From assembly GCA_009103225.1 (NCBI GenBank), contig RHPI01003009.1, positions 657,917 through 721,916 of the forward strand: a stretch of 64,000 nucleotides of DNA. Reading direction: 5' to 3'. Below the pieces are notes generated by a model. The model had not been told where the DNA came from, did not search any database, and saw only the letters and a program-made list of their open reading frames with translations. This DNA is from Chlorokybus atmophyticus. Taxonomy: Eukaryota; Plantae; Mesostigma and Chlorokybus algae. The position numbers were made by a program, and so were the translations under genes. Each line of letters opens with the position of its first letter. The stretch's first letter is position 1. This document shows positions 24,861 to 36,591 of the stretch, piece after piece.

Positions 24861-27800
24861 TCGCTCTATTAGCATCTACTCACCATTGGCCATCACGCCG
24901 CCTTCACCAACAGCGATAGCCAAGCACAGTTGTCGTAAGTGATTGACCTGGCAGCGCAACACCCACATTACAAGTTGCCCACACACAGCGAGACAAGTCA
25001 GTGGCTGCCAGATGGACTGACCTGCTTGAGTTGCGCCTTACACGCCACCGCCGCCGCCAACACCACCTCGTGCCAGAACTCAGCGCCTTTTCCGCAAAAA
25101 AAAAGCATGTTATAATGGTCATGACATGTTTTGTAATTGACAGCCGGCGACTTTGCCGTTCATGCCAAATGGCTTTTGTTGTCGCCGTCAAAACGGCCCA
25201 TATAGTAACAATTTAAAGGGCTGGTGGACCGAAACCCTTAGCTGCGTTTGTTTACGTCAAAAGGCGTTCACATACGTTGTCTGTTGACCAATGATTTATT
25301 CTGCATCGACGTCTTCCAATGGTAGTTGTCGGCACTCGTGGAGGACTGTTCAATGGAAATTTTGTAGTGTGTTTGAGCGGGGCGGGTGGTGCCAGTGCAG
25401 TAGGCGGTGTGTGTAGATACACGCTTTGGCGGAAGCGATGGATGTTGCTGTGGGCGGTGACATGGCCATAGAGGAGAACTCAAAGACACCAGGCATTGGT
25501 GTGTCTGTGGGGTGGGGAGCGTGCACCTGCTGCTTTTGTTGATGGGGTTGTTCTAGTTGCTGGCAGACATAGTAGGTCTGTTGGTGCGGAGGAGCCTGCC
25601 AAGAACAAGAGGAAGACGGAGCAGCGATTGTGTGCAAAGCGGGGGAGAGACAAGCAGAAAGGGCTGGTTGAGCAGTTGCGCCGTGATTGCAAGATGCCGG
25701 AGCAGACACACGCCAACGTGGCGTACTTGTTGGCGCTAACCTTCGGCCGCACGTGGCGCTTGGTTGACGACCGCAAGGGTATGGTATTGGAGCCTGCGTG
25801 TCACCATCGCATGCCAGCAGCAGTGGGGTTGGAGAAACTGTCATCCCCTCCCATGGAAAAGACAGCGCGAACCATACTCCCGTGAATGACATAACCCATG
25901 TCTACAAAACCGTTATGACCACATGTGGCCAGCCGTTATGACACTTTTGAGCATATTGTGTATGGTGTGAATGCATGCCACATATGGTGTGAATGTGTGC
26001 AACGTATGTGGTGATGAACTCAACACCACATATGGTCACATATGGTGCCGGTCAGGTGATGGACGGTTGGCCTGGGTGTAGTTCCTGTGTTTTATATTGG
26101 CTTGTGGTTGTTGTTGAACAGGGGCATAGGGGCGGCCAGGGTGTAGGTGTGCAAGGGTAGGGGTTTCCTTGCCGTGTGTGCTACCATGCAAGGAGGCAGT
26201 ATGTCAGCGGCGGCGGCGGCAGGCCTATATTATGACGACATAACGTGGACCAAGCTTGAGTGGCAACTAAAATGTGAGTTGGCACGTACCACTTCCATGC
26301 AGTTTGTGCCTCAACAAATTCATGCATGTTTGCTTCAATGTGCCCACAACTACTCCTGAACTCAGCCAGACAGTCGTGATGATAGGTTGCATGCCACCGT
26401 GCACTCTGTTCCAGATATTGGTTTGCTTGTGATGTACATCACACATTGCATGTGTCGCACATATGCAACACATGCACTGTGAATTATGCAGTGTGTGCAA
26501 AAACAATGCAATAATTGCATTGTTAGACGCATGCACTGCATGCCAGGTGTTTTGTATTGAGTGCATTTGGGTGTCACACCCAAGTGGCACTGCGTTTACT
26601 AACTCCACGCTGACCAACTATGCGCTTTGCCTCTGGTTGGCGCTTAACACACCAGGTTACAGCTTGCAAAAAGGAGATTGCCAAGCTTGTCAGGGAGGTG
26701 AAAGCGCTAAAGGAACGCAATAAACAACCAGCAGATGAGTGCGGCAAAGAGCAAGTCAGCTTCGAGATGGCCATTAATGAGGTCAATGAACAGCTCTGCA
26801 TGTAGGTCAATGTACACATGTGCACCAATTGCTTAGCATTGCTGGCATGCACGAAGTGGCAGTGAGTATGGTATATATGATTCGTATAACAGCGCATATG
26901 GCGTGTCGCAAGATCCGGGGGGGGACATTTTTTGCATATGGGTTGGGTGCTTTGGAGTTGCAAAAACGGGCTTAGGATAGAATAAAAACAACTAAGATTC
27001 TGATATTAATGTGAATTAACCTTACAGCAAGATCCTACTGTAAGTATCTAGTCGTATAATAAGTGCGAGATAACATGGCGACACGCAATGCTATTACCCC
27101 ATGGTGCACAAGGCATGTTACTTGAAGCGGGATTTACATGAACATTGAATACTCTCGAACACAACATTCCATCTTCTGTAAATAGCATGCATTATCTTGG
27201 TACACCTTTTAACTGTAAGTCTTCATGATGCTGATATGATAAGGCCCTATTGCATCTCACACATTAGGCACCATCGTATTACAATGTGGTGTCACCCTCG
27301 TCTTGCGATTTCCTGCGATGCCTTCACAGAATCTCAAAGATTACCGCATGCAGCTCATTGTATAAGTGGGGCCAAGACTATATGATACTTTTTTTATAAA
27401 GGTTAATTGTTTTTTTCCCGTTTACTCGCATTCAAGACGAAACTATTTGTACGAATAGTTTGATCTTCAAGGCATGTAAACCCATCACCTTGTGCACGTT
27501 GCGTGGTAAGTACGCTGGAGTCCGCGCCTTCTTGTGCTGTTTAGACTGCCAAAGTTGCAAAGGCCGTTTTGGAAACTCTTCATCCAAATTGCGACACGTT
27601 GTTATTGATAAGCAATACCATACGCTTGCAATGTACACGTAGACTGCTTGTCATGAGCAAATCTCTTACGATATGAAAGCTCTTTAGATAAACTGTGGAT
27701 AGTATATGTTGAAGGCATCTGTGCATGAACACCTAGAATAAGAAAGGTCCAAGTTCTGCAACATACAACATGAAGAGCTTGCTAAGTCAAGTGTGCTGAC

Positions 27801-28257
27801 AATTGTAACTGCTCAAGTATATGAGCTTCATAAACAGCAAGGCTTCCATGCATTACTACCTATGATTACGGAGCTTATGCGTGCTGTCAGAAATAAAATA
27901 ATAATAAAAGGAAAAGACCTTTTAAGTCAAAAATATATAACCAATATGTGTTCCGTTCTATACTTGGCGACCTTACCTATGCATGCACGCACACAACCTA
28001 CAGCAGCACTGCTGGCAGCAGCTACGCCACCGCTACTAGCATTGCCAGTCCAGCACCGCATCCGATGAGTCAACCTCTAAACGAATTAAGCAAGTTAAAA
28101 ATCTGAAGTGTACAACTTAAAGAATATTAACTCAAATGTACTGACAAATGTTGATGCTCGAATTTGCATCCACTGACTGCGAAAGCTGTTATGAATTGAT
28201 ACGTAGGGTTTGAGACTTTAAGTGTGCTTTCAATCTTTAAGCTGCAGAATGGAGATA

Positions 28258-28438
28258 AGGGAGTTTTAGAATCTTCGAACTCTCTTATTACGATACTGCA
28301 GCTCCAAGATCTTGGAGCTGCAGTATCGTGATAAGGGAGCTCCAAGATCTTAAAATCTTAAAATGCCCTTAACCCGGTAATGTAGATCTTGGAGCTGCCG
28401 TATCGAGATAAGGGAGTTCCAAGATCTTAAAACTCCCT
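28258..28438. mobile_element. 181-bp palindrome-rich MITE with TA flanks
   Basis: Ends AGGGAGTTTTAGAATCTT / AAGATCTTAAAACTCCCT are near-inverted, with TA on both sides. It contains an internal perfect 38-bp palindrome at 28291-28328 and a second partial copy at about 28385-28425. Confidence 0.7.
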
Positions 28439-29563
28439 TATATATATTCTGCAGTTCCAATTGACAGTGAAAAGCGCTTCGGCTTAATGGTGTGCAGCAT
28501 GTCAATTTTTATGGCACGACCAAAGATAGAAGAAATCTTTTAACTTGCTACTCTTAGCGTCTACAAACAGTTGCTCCAACAATAAACTCGTGCAGTACAA
28601 TGTATAATGGCCTTATTTGTGACGTAAATGCTTTATGGATTGCCCTTGTGTCTATGCAACTCACTCAATGTATAAAAATCCTGGGACGTGTCAAGGCGTG
28701 CCCGTTATGCACTGCCATATCTTAGCAAGTGTCACATGCTCTTAATTTGCCCAAACCCACTTAGGAAAGTACAAGAGAGCGGTGTAGCTTAGGTGAATTA
28801 TGATATATCATAGAGTGCGTGAATGCAATCTATGTTAAACCGCAAGTAACTTGCACATGGTGCAAGATAATGTAGCATATCTTAAAAAGGGCATATTCAA
28901 TAGGGCATATTCAAGTTGCGCTTGATGACATTAAAACGTAAAGTAACGTTGCACTAGTGTCCCCCCGGATTGTGCTACACGCCATATCTTGCATATCTAC
29001 ATAGTGACGCATATTTGATGGCATTGTCCGGCATGCAGAAAGTGGAAGTCCGCATCCGCAAGATCAGATACAAAAACCACATAAAGCGCATGCGCCTCCA
29101 CTCTGCAGTGCTCCAGAGCAAGCTCATTAAAGCTTGGGACAAGCAGGCGGCTTTTGACTGTCAAACAACGAGACTTCTACCGATGCCAACCACACCATGG
29201 AGGTGACAGACTCGGACATTTTCAACGCTGAGGGTTAAGTCGCCACGTCGTATTTTGTGGAGTAGCGTGTATACAAACGTTCAGGCTTCTAGATAGGAGC
29301 AAGGCAGCATGCTAGCTGTGCGGTTACTTCTGTTTTTGTAATGCGTGACATGGCGTGTGCAATGAAATTTGTTGTGTGTACAGGCCCACACGGTTCCATT
29401 GTTGTCAATGACTTACATGGCTATGTTGTATGTAACACATGGTCTTGATATGCTTGTGAGTTGCGAGTGCGTGCTCTGCAGTGCAACGCATGCACACTGT
29501 TAACAATTGGTAGGAACATAGCTTTTATAAACCCTCATAAACGAAAAAAAAAAAAAAAAAAAA

Positions 29564-29593
29564 NNNNNNNNNNNNNNNNNNNNNNNNNNNNNN
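29564..29593. other. Assembly gap with the flank (GCTTTTATAAACCCTCATAAAC-polyA) duplicated on both sides
   Basis: Run of N; the same 22-mer plus poly-A occurs before and after it. Confidence 0.95.
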
Positions 29594-29640
29594 AGCTTTT
29601 ATAAACCCTCATAAACAAAAAAAAAAAAAAAAAAAACTGC

Positions 29641-29710
29641 ACGTTGCGAGATTTGAACCAAAGACCTTTAACTGCGAGGCAGCAGTGTTTACCACTACGT
29701 CGTTAAACCT
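29641..29710 (-). other. Degenerate tRNA-like sequence (A/B-box-like) followed by poly-T
   Basis: The minus strand reads ACGTAGTGGTAAACAC...GGTTCAAATCTCG, then a T-run. The cloverleaf is not intact. Confidence 0.35.
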
Positions 29711-31339
29711 TAGCGGAGTTGTGCAGCATGTTTATTACATAAAGTTTACGTACTGTTACGCATCTAATAATGTGCAGTAAGGAAGGTATAGGGCGGCATG
29801 GTGTGGGTGTATGTTGTGCACTGTAGCAGGGGGCGTGGCGCGCGGTTGGTCTGTGTTCTGTGCTGGACGGGCGCAAGGGGTGCAGGGGCGCAGCTGTTGA
29901 CGTTGCTAGCATGCAAGGAGGCAGTACTTCAGCGGCGATGGCGGTGTCCGCTAAAGATGACGCAGACATATCTGGCACCAAGAACCAGTGGTACATGTAC
30001 GTGAAATGAGTGGAGCTAATAAATGCACCCATGTGATGTCACGTATTCATGCATATGTCTAATAGTGGGCTTCACTCATGTACCGCACGCTAAGCTACAC
30101 ATGCAGCAGCACACATGCATGTGGCTTACTATTGGCCCATTCAAGCCTTGCAAACCATGTGCAGTGTGCATAGGCACTAAGGACTTGACTTGTTCAGCCT
30201 TGCAGGCTGGCGGTTGACTTTGCAAGTGACGGAGCTCAACAAATATGTCTATAAGCTGGCTGAAGAGGCAAGCCTTATTGATGGCGGTTTGTGAGTTGTA
30301 TGCCGTCATGTGAATTTTAACCCACCCACTTTTGTTGCTGCAGAACAAGTTGCTGAAGCCAAAAAAATAAGGAGCTGTTGGCATCGGTCGTAGAGGAGCA
30401 GGGCAGCTACATTATGGCTGTAGATGAGGTACAGCAATCTGTAATGGGCTAGGCCTCATCTTGCATGTCATATGCATGTATTCATGAAGAGTTTTATGTG
30501 CAGAAAGTGGAAGTTGATGTGCGAAATTTAAATACAAGAAACAATGGCAAGCGCATGCGGTTGTATGCTGACAAGCTTGCGCAGAGCAGGGCATGGCAAA
30601 AGCAGGCGGCTAGCAATAGCGAGACCTAAAGGCTGCGGACTACCGCATGGAAGTAACTTATACAGGTGACAGCTCCCTATCACAAGAATGGGGACTTTGC
30701 GTTGTTGCTGCAGTGTGTACATACGCAACCGTGTGAGCATAGCATAATAATGTATGTTTGTCTTACAGGAGGTACGCTGCCCCAGTGTGTGCGGTTGACA
30801 ACGCTTGTTCGCGGTGAGGGGAACAACAAGATCTTGTGGTTGATCAGCTTCGCTGTTTGGTACATCAAACGACTCGTGCAACCTTCGGAATGTTGCAGGC
30901 ATTTTGCAGGAACTCCTGTGGTGTGCTCAAGTTTTGCACGTGTTAGCAGGTATACACAGTCACTGTGCAAATGTTGTTGAGTGAGTGTGTGATCAAATGT
31001 GCATTAAGTTTGTTGCTCGAAGTTTCATTACTCGTTTCAAATATCGAGACTCATGAACATTTTTAGAGCGGTCAGCACAATTAATGCACTACGGCATGTT
31101 ATACAGCATCAACAGAGCAGAATTCACATAGGGGCCATGGCCATGTTTGGGTCTTCGCAAAGACCCTCAAGTGGAAGTTCCACCAACACACATATGCGGT
31201 CCCATACAAAAGGTAGCGCATCTGAGCCTGTTTTTGCACAGCGGCAGTGGCGTCGCATAGCGGCGTCATACCAAGACCATTGTCAAGAGTGGCTCGCGGC
31301 CCTTATAAGCCTAGCGGTAGCGGCCCACACCTCCTAGGT

Positions 31340-31855
31340 GGTCATTGATGCGTCGCGTAGCTGCATGTCCCGGGGCATTATAATGATGCGCTTGGCGTGG
31401 ATGGCGCAAAGGTTGCTGCGCGACATTCAGTTGGTAATCATCCACATCACAGTGTTGGTGGGAGGAGGCACTAACCTCTCCCCAACAAGCTCCACTAGGA
31501 ATGCCTCCGCTGCCTCTTGAAGCGCCACCTATTAATTGTATTGCTCGCCTGATAGCATAAAGTCTGCGCTCACCTCTCTGACTCACGGCAGTATGGGAGC
31601 TGCATTAACACGACACAGATATTCATGCATGTGCTTTGCACTGTTCTCTTGAGCAATGGCATGTGCAGCATGCAATCACGCACCTTTTTATACTTCCTGA
31701 TCATCAATTTACGAAGCGCCACCATACCGGGCTGGTACTTGTGCGGCTTGTTGCTTTTGCGCCTTCCCCTATCAGCGCCTCCGTTTTGCCCCTTCAACTA
31801 TGTCTGTTGCGCCTGCTGCGCCTGCGACGCCGTCTGCCCCTGCATGCGTCCTGTT
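31340..31855 (-). pseudogene. Intron-containing histone H3-family pseudogene with CENH3-like features
   Basis: Fragments KPHKYQPGMVALRK..IRKYKK|intron, LPYCR-VREVSADFMLSGEQYN**, VALQEAAEAFLVELVGE|intron and SNLCAIHAKRIIIMPRDMQL-RRI. The N-terminal tail is non-canonical and Gln-rich. Stops and frameshifts are present. Confidence 0.8.
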
Positions 31856-32410
31856 AACAATCATGTAGTGGGCACTTAGCCAGCAAGTTGAGCATGCTGC
31901 TGTGCATGGTTGCGTGTGGTGCTTTAGCAGCACTTGGTTGTTGTGGTGCGCGTGCCAACATGTTGATGGTGTGGCTGATGTTAGCAGAGTTGACGAAGTC
32001 ATAATGCAAGTTAGCAAGGGAATATGGAGCCCGAGGAGGCAGTTTATCTACAGTATGGAGCGACGTGGGTTTGACGAACGTCGCAGAAAAGCACTGGCGA
32101 GGCGCTAGGCTTTGCAAGGTCTTGGTATTCAAGAGGACAACTCTGCCAATGATTCTGAAGGGGTTTGTGGTAGGGCACATAGGGTTCCTTAGTGCTGGGC
32201 TATGATTACTTAGTGCATCGTAAGGTGGCAACAGACCAAGTGATAGGATGCAACTATATGTGTTTCAGAATACCCTGCTGCGATGTGCTGGTGTGTTGTG
32301 CACAATATGTGGATGATGCCGTTACTACTGCTGTGTCTACTCCATTGCTGCGCACAGCTGAGTTGATGCACTGTTGTTGTAAGTGGTGATGCTGAGAATG
32401 AACTGTTTGA

Positions 32411-32553
<143 letters not shown>

Positions 32554-33820
32554 CATTGCACCGCGTTCACCCCAGATCATCGGTTTGTATGCATGCTAGT
32601 GCATGTGTATGTGTGTGGTTATTTGGTGTAGTATATGTCAATGTGAACACATTGAATGTAATGGCAGCAACGGAAAACACGGCCAAGACGAACACATGAT
32701 GTTGCAATGTCACCCACTCAAGAAGTGGCGCGTACGAAAGCCAAGATCAGTTCATTGCTATCTCAACTGGAGGATACTGATGGTTTCAACCGAAACTTGC
32801 ACAATGACAACAACGAGCTACAGATGAAGCTGACAGATGCGGATGGAGCCAATGCCACTTTGCAACTGACCATGGCCTCTATCAAGTGAAAGTTTAATTT
32901 GTTGGACACCGGCTGTTACCAACTTAATTAGCAGCTTAAGGTGCAGCACCAACCCTCTATTATAGCATAGGCTGGCATGCTGTCTTGAGCTGAGCTTGTG
33001 GGTAGCGAAGGTGATGGTGGTGCCGCCAGTTGACGCTATTGCTCCAGCTGATGGTGTCACCATTGCATGCAAAGGAAAGGGAGAGCGAGCGAGAGCATGA
33101 GAGATCCTGGATGTTGTCTTCAGCACGGGAGGCTGCAAAAACACAACCTGTAAAGTCGTGGGAGCATTGACAGCATAGCGAAAATGCATGGTATGCTGTG
33201 AGACAAGTAGTGCTGGCCTTGAAGCGAGACCAGGATCCAAGTCGTCCGGAGGACTTTAAGGCAGAGCTACAGAAGATGGAAGAGCATGCTGAGCAGTCGC
33301 AAGCAATGCTGAACTTACAATCTGCTAGGCAGTCTTATGGTGGTGGACAGGATGCATAGCAGCAGAGTGCGGAAGAGAGGACAGCAAACAGCGAGAAGCT
33401 GCAATGTGCGAGCCAAGATAAGGGCATCTCAGCTATTACCAAGGCAATTAAAAGGTGGCAAGCGAGTTGTTGCAACCAGGTGGCATAGTGCTGCTTCGAG
33501 ATGTGTTTACGAGTCATAACATATGTCATGCAATCAGTCTGCAACGTGCATGCAAGCGGGTGTTAGGGCTCAGCAGTGCAGTGCATTACTATAGATTGAT
33601 CACGAGGGACTTTACTATTACCCAGCTCGGTGGACCCTGCTGAGCATGCATTGCACGCGAGCGGGAGCGATCTTTAAAGGGAAATATTGTCACCACCAAT
33701 CAAGTTGGTGCTAGCCTACATACGCATTCTCCCTGGGGAGTTGTCAGCGCAACGAGCAGTTTAGAATAAGGGGAGCGTACAAAGTGTAGATCTCTTTAAG
33801 AGGAGATAGACTCAGCGTCT

Positions 33821-36591
33821 GTGGACCCAGAGTCGTTGTCCCTCTTCTCGGCTTTGACTAGTGTTATAGGCGTATTACTTCTGGCTCCAGACTGCCTGGG
33901 CACAACAAGAAGTCGAAGAAAAACCAACTTCACGCTATACGCATCAGTGTATATGCGCAACAAGAATGCATACTCCAAAGTGCACATAGCTCTGGTTGAA
34001 GTGGTGAATGGACTTGCTCCATTAAATAAGCTTCACAACGTGTTGAGCCGCCTGGGGCTTGCGTCATCAACAACACTCTGCACTGCTACATCCTGTTGCG
34101 AGTGATTGCTAAGAAAAGCTAGGCATGCCCTGTCACGTTCTCTCTGGTCCTTACTTGGTAATAGTTAGCATGGACAGCTGGGACTTCAAGTCACAACATG
34201 CACTGAAATACTCTGGCTGCGAAGACTAAAACCTGCATTGCACCACCTACACAAGTGACTGTGTCCATACCCACCACCTTATAGCATACCCAGTGTACTC
34301 TAGTTCAGGTGAGTGCATGTGTTGAAACACAACTTGATGCGCACTATTAAGTTCATGCCATTGAGATGCATAAGGCAATGCGTAACGTACGCATGTGCTT
34401 GCGCAGGCACAGCATTATTGGACATACCCGGACGATGATATGAGCGTCTTGGTATATCCTATATACATCAGTGCAACTCCCTGAACCACCTCCTCCGCTG
34501 CCTCGAGTGCACAGGCCTCTGTTGCCATCTACTCGCATTAGCACATTGACAGTGGAGAAAAATGTGCCTATGAACAACTTCTTGAGATCTTGTACGCAAC
34601 CATCCTCAAGTGCATGTGCAACAAAGAATTGTTAAAGCTCCCGTTAAAGCCACGCATGTATGGTGGAGCCGATCTGTCCGCGCAACTTTGGTCAATGATA
34701 GGGCCCACGAGTCACTCATCAACAAGGATCTCAAATTGTGTCTCAGCAGGCCCACATGTGATAACTTGTGACGCAAAACTTCTCACCTCTTGTACAAGGC
34801 TGGGGTGGTGAAGAAAGTGGTGAAGGTCCTAAAATCAGCGCATGGCACAGATTCGCGAGCTGAGGATGCCAGCAGCGCGCGCCACTATGCTGGTGCTTGA
34901 CAGATCATGGACAATGCTTATGCTCCAAGTCCTGCAATGTGCAAAAGCTCTGGAGACGCTTGACCAGGAGTTGCGCCATCTTATTACACATGCACCTGCC
35001 AGTGCAGCAACCGCAGCGGACCTTGCTCGGCATCACAAAGTGGGACAAGATCAGTTTGAGACTGATGTTCAAGCCATGCATTCAAAGCAACTAACAGTGG
35101 AGAAAGTTGGACACCACTTGAAGATGAGCAAGAAGCATTTGTTGCCCAAAAAGGCAACGCATCTGCCAAGAACAAGCGCAAGCAACTTCTTATTCTCAAC
35201 AAGCTGGCTAAGAGTGGCGACCTCAGCACCTGCACTGCAAACTACATTGAGGTGCCACACGCACTGTTTGATAATTCTGGGGCATGCGAAAAGGCGACAA
35301 GGCAACGAATCTTGTGGATTTGTACCAGGGATGCCCCTAGTCTCAGCTGTCACAGTTTTGCAGTGGGGTGGAGTGTGTCCTTATCCTTAAGGGCATGTTT
35401 ATCTCCAACCACAATCCCCTGCAATTAGCATGCACCTTGCAGGACTACCTAAAAATGACTACCACTGCTTGGGTGCTGCCCCGTCTACACTCGAGGTCGC
35501 TGCAAGCACTTCATATCATCTTCGACAACCCTGCGCACAGCACTGGTGTCAAGTCTTTGCTCCAGCAACTTAAAGATGGCGGCACTCAGTGCAGCCAGCA
35601 TGCCTTAACACTTGCAGATGAAGTGCCTCGAAGCTGGCTGCTGGAAGACCGCTTTATGAAATGCAGCCTATGCAACCTCATCATACATGAGCTGCCAAAA
35701 ATGGCTGCACCATACTTGTGGGAGAATTATGAACTTGGCATTGCTGGAGGCAGCATCTTGCACCAGCAGGACAAGGCAGTTGTGGTGCGAAGGGAAGGCG
35801 AGGTCACTTTCAAAAATGTGGACAACTACGCCCAAAACATACAGTGGCGGACTCTTGAGTCTGATTACACGCCTTCACATGCCCACAACAATAGGTATTT
35901 GTCTTCTCACTGGACATCGACTTCAGCCTCATTGACCTGGGTGCCACTGAATAAAAGGCCAACACCTCACAGAAAACAGTGTACAAGCAGTTGTGCATGA
36001 TGGCAGCAGCAGCGCCAGGTTACCTTACCTGGACCTCACAGTTGTATACTCACACCTATCCAGAATGCCTCACTTATGTCTCGTGGCTGACAACCAGCGT
36101 ACCAAGTTTTCACTGCACTTCTATGCAGTAACAGGGAGCGACTACACCAGCTACATTGCTGGGATCTCAAAGCATTTCTGCTGGACTAAAGTGCTTGCGA
36201 AAGAGTCAGTGTTCATTGCGGGAGGCATTCCTGCATGCCATGAAGACCTCACACCAACATACCTACGCTTTGTGAGCTGATCCTACATGGCTGCTCTTGC
36301 AAAAAGACTCAATGCCGCGGCAAACAATGCAAGTGCAAGAAGAATGGCCAAGCATGCACAACTACATGCTCATGTTTATGCTGCAAGAATACCACCTTGC
36401 ACTGCAGCAGCCAGCTAGGAGCAGAAACCACCGGGCACCCACCCATCAATACTGAAGCAATCAACATTGAATTTGATAGCTCGTGCTCTGAGCAGGCCAC
36501 AGATCTACCCATCGACGACTCTAACCCTAATTGCACAGCTGAGGAAGACACCGCCTTGCTTGCAGAGTTTACTGACATAGATTTCGCCTAA
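33821..36591 (+). mobile_element. Decayed Academ-like (AcademX-type) transposase with an XPG/PIN-H3TH nuclease-like domain
   Basis: Across frameshifted frames: YMRNKNAY...LSRLGLASS (about 33950-34070), LHIIFDNP...VKS (about 35510), KHTVADS* (about 35835-35858, HxEADT-like), VFVFSLDIDFSLI (35894-35932, SxDTD-like) and FYAVTGSDYTSYIAGISK (about 36119-36172, GCD-x-S-x-GxxK H3TH motif). TIRs were not located. Confidence 0.58.

Larger units (their letters stand above)
19777..25237. mobile_element. Full-length PIF/Harbinger DNA transposon (decayed)
   Basis: TIRs GGGTTTCGGTCCAC(T/C)AGCCCTT at both ends, with a TTA target duplication (19774-19776 and 25238-25240). Encodes a transposase on the minus strand and a Myb/SANT-like partner on the plus strand. 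Confidence 0.93.
26150..30620 (+). pseudogene. Tandemly duplicated, decayed coiled-coil gene (two paralogous copies)
   Basis: Paralogous blocks: TGCAAGGAGGCAGTA..CAGCGGCG at about 26187 and 29912; RNKQPADECGKEQVSFEMAINEV (about 26710-26790) versus KNKELLASVVEEQGSYIMAVDEV (about 30365-30435); and CAGAAAGTGGAAGT...AAGCGCATGCG...AAGCAGGCGGCT at about 29036-29153 and 30502-30612. Confidence 0.5.
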
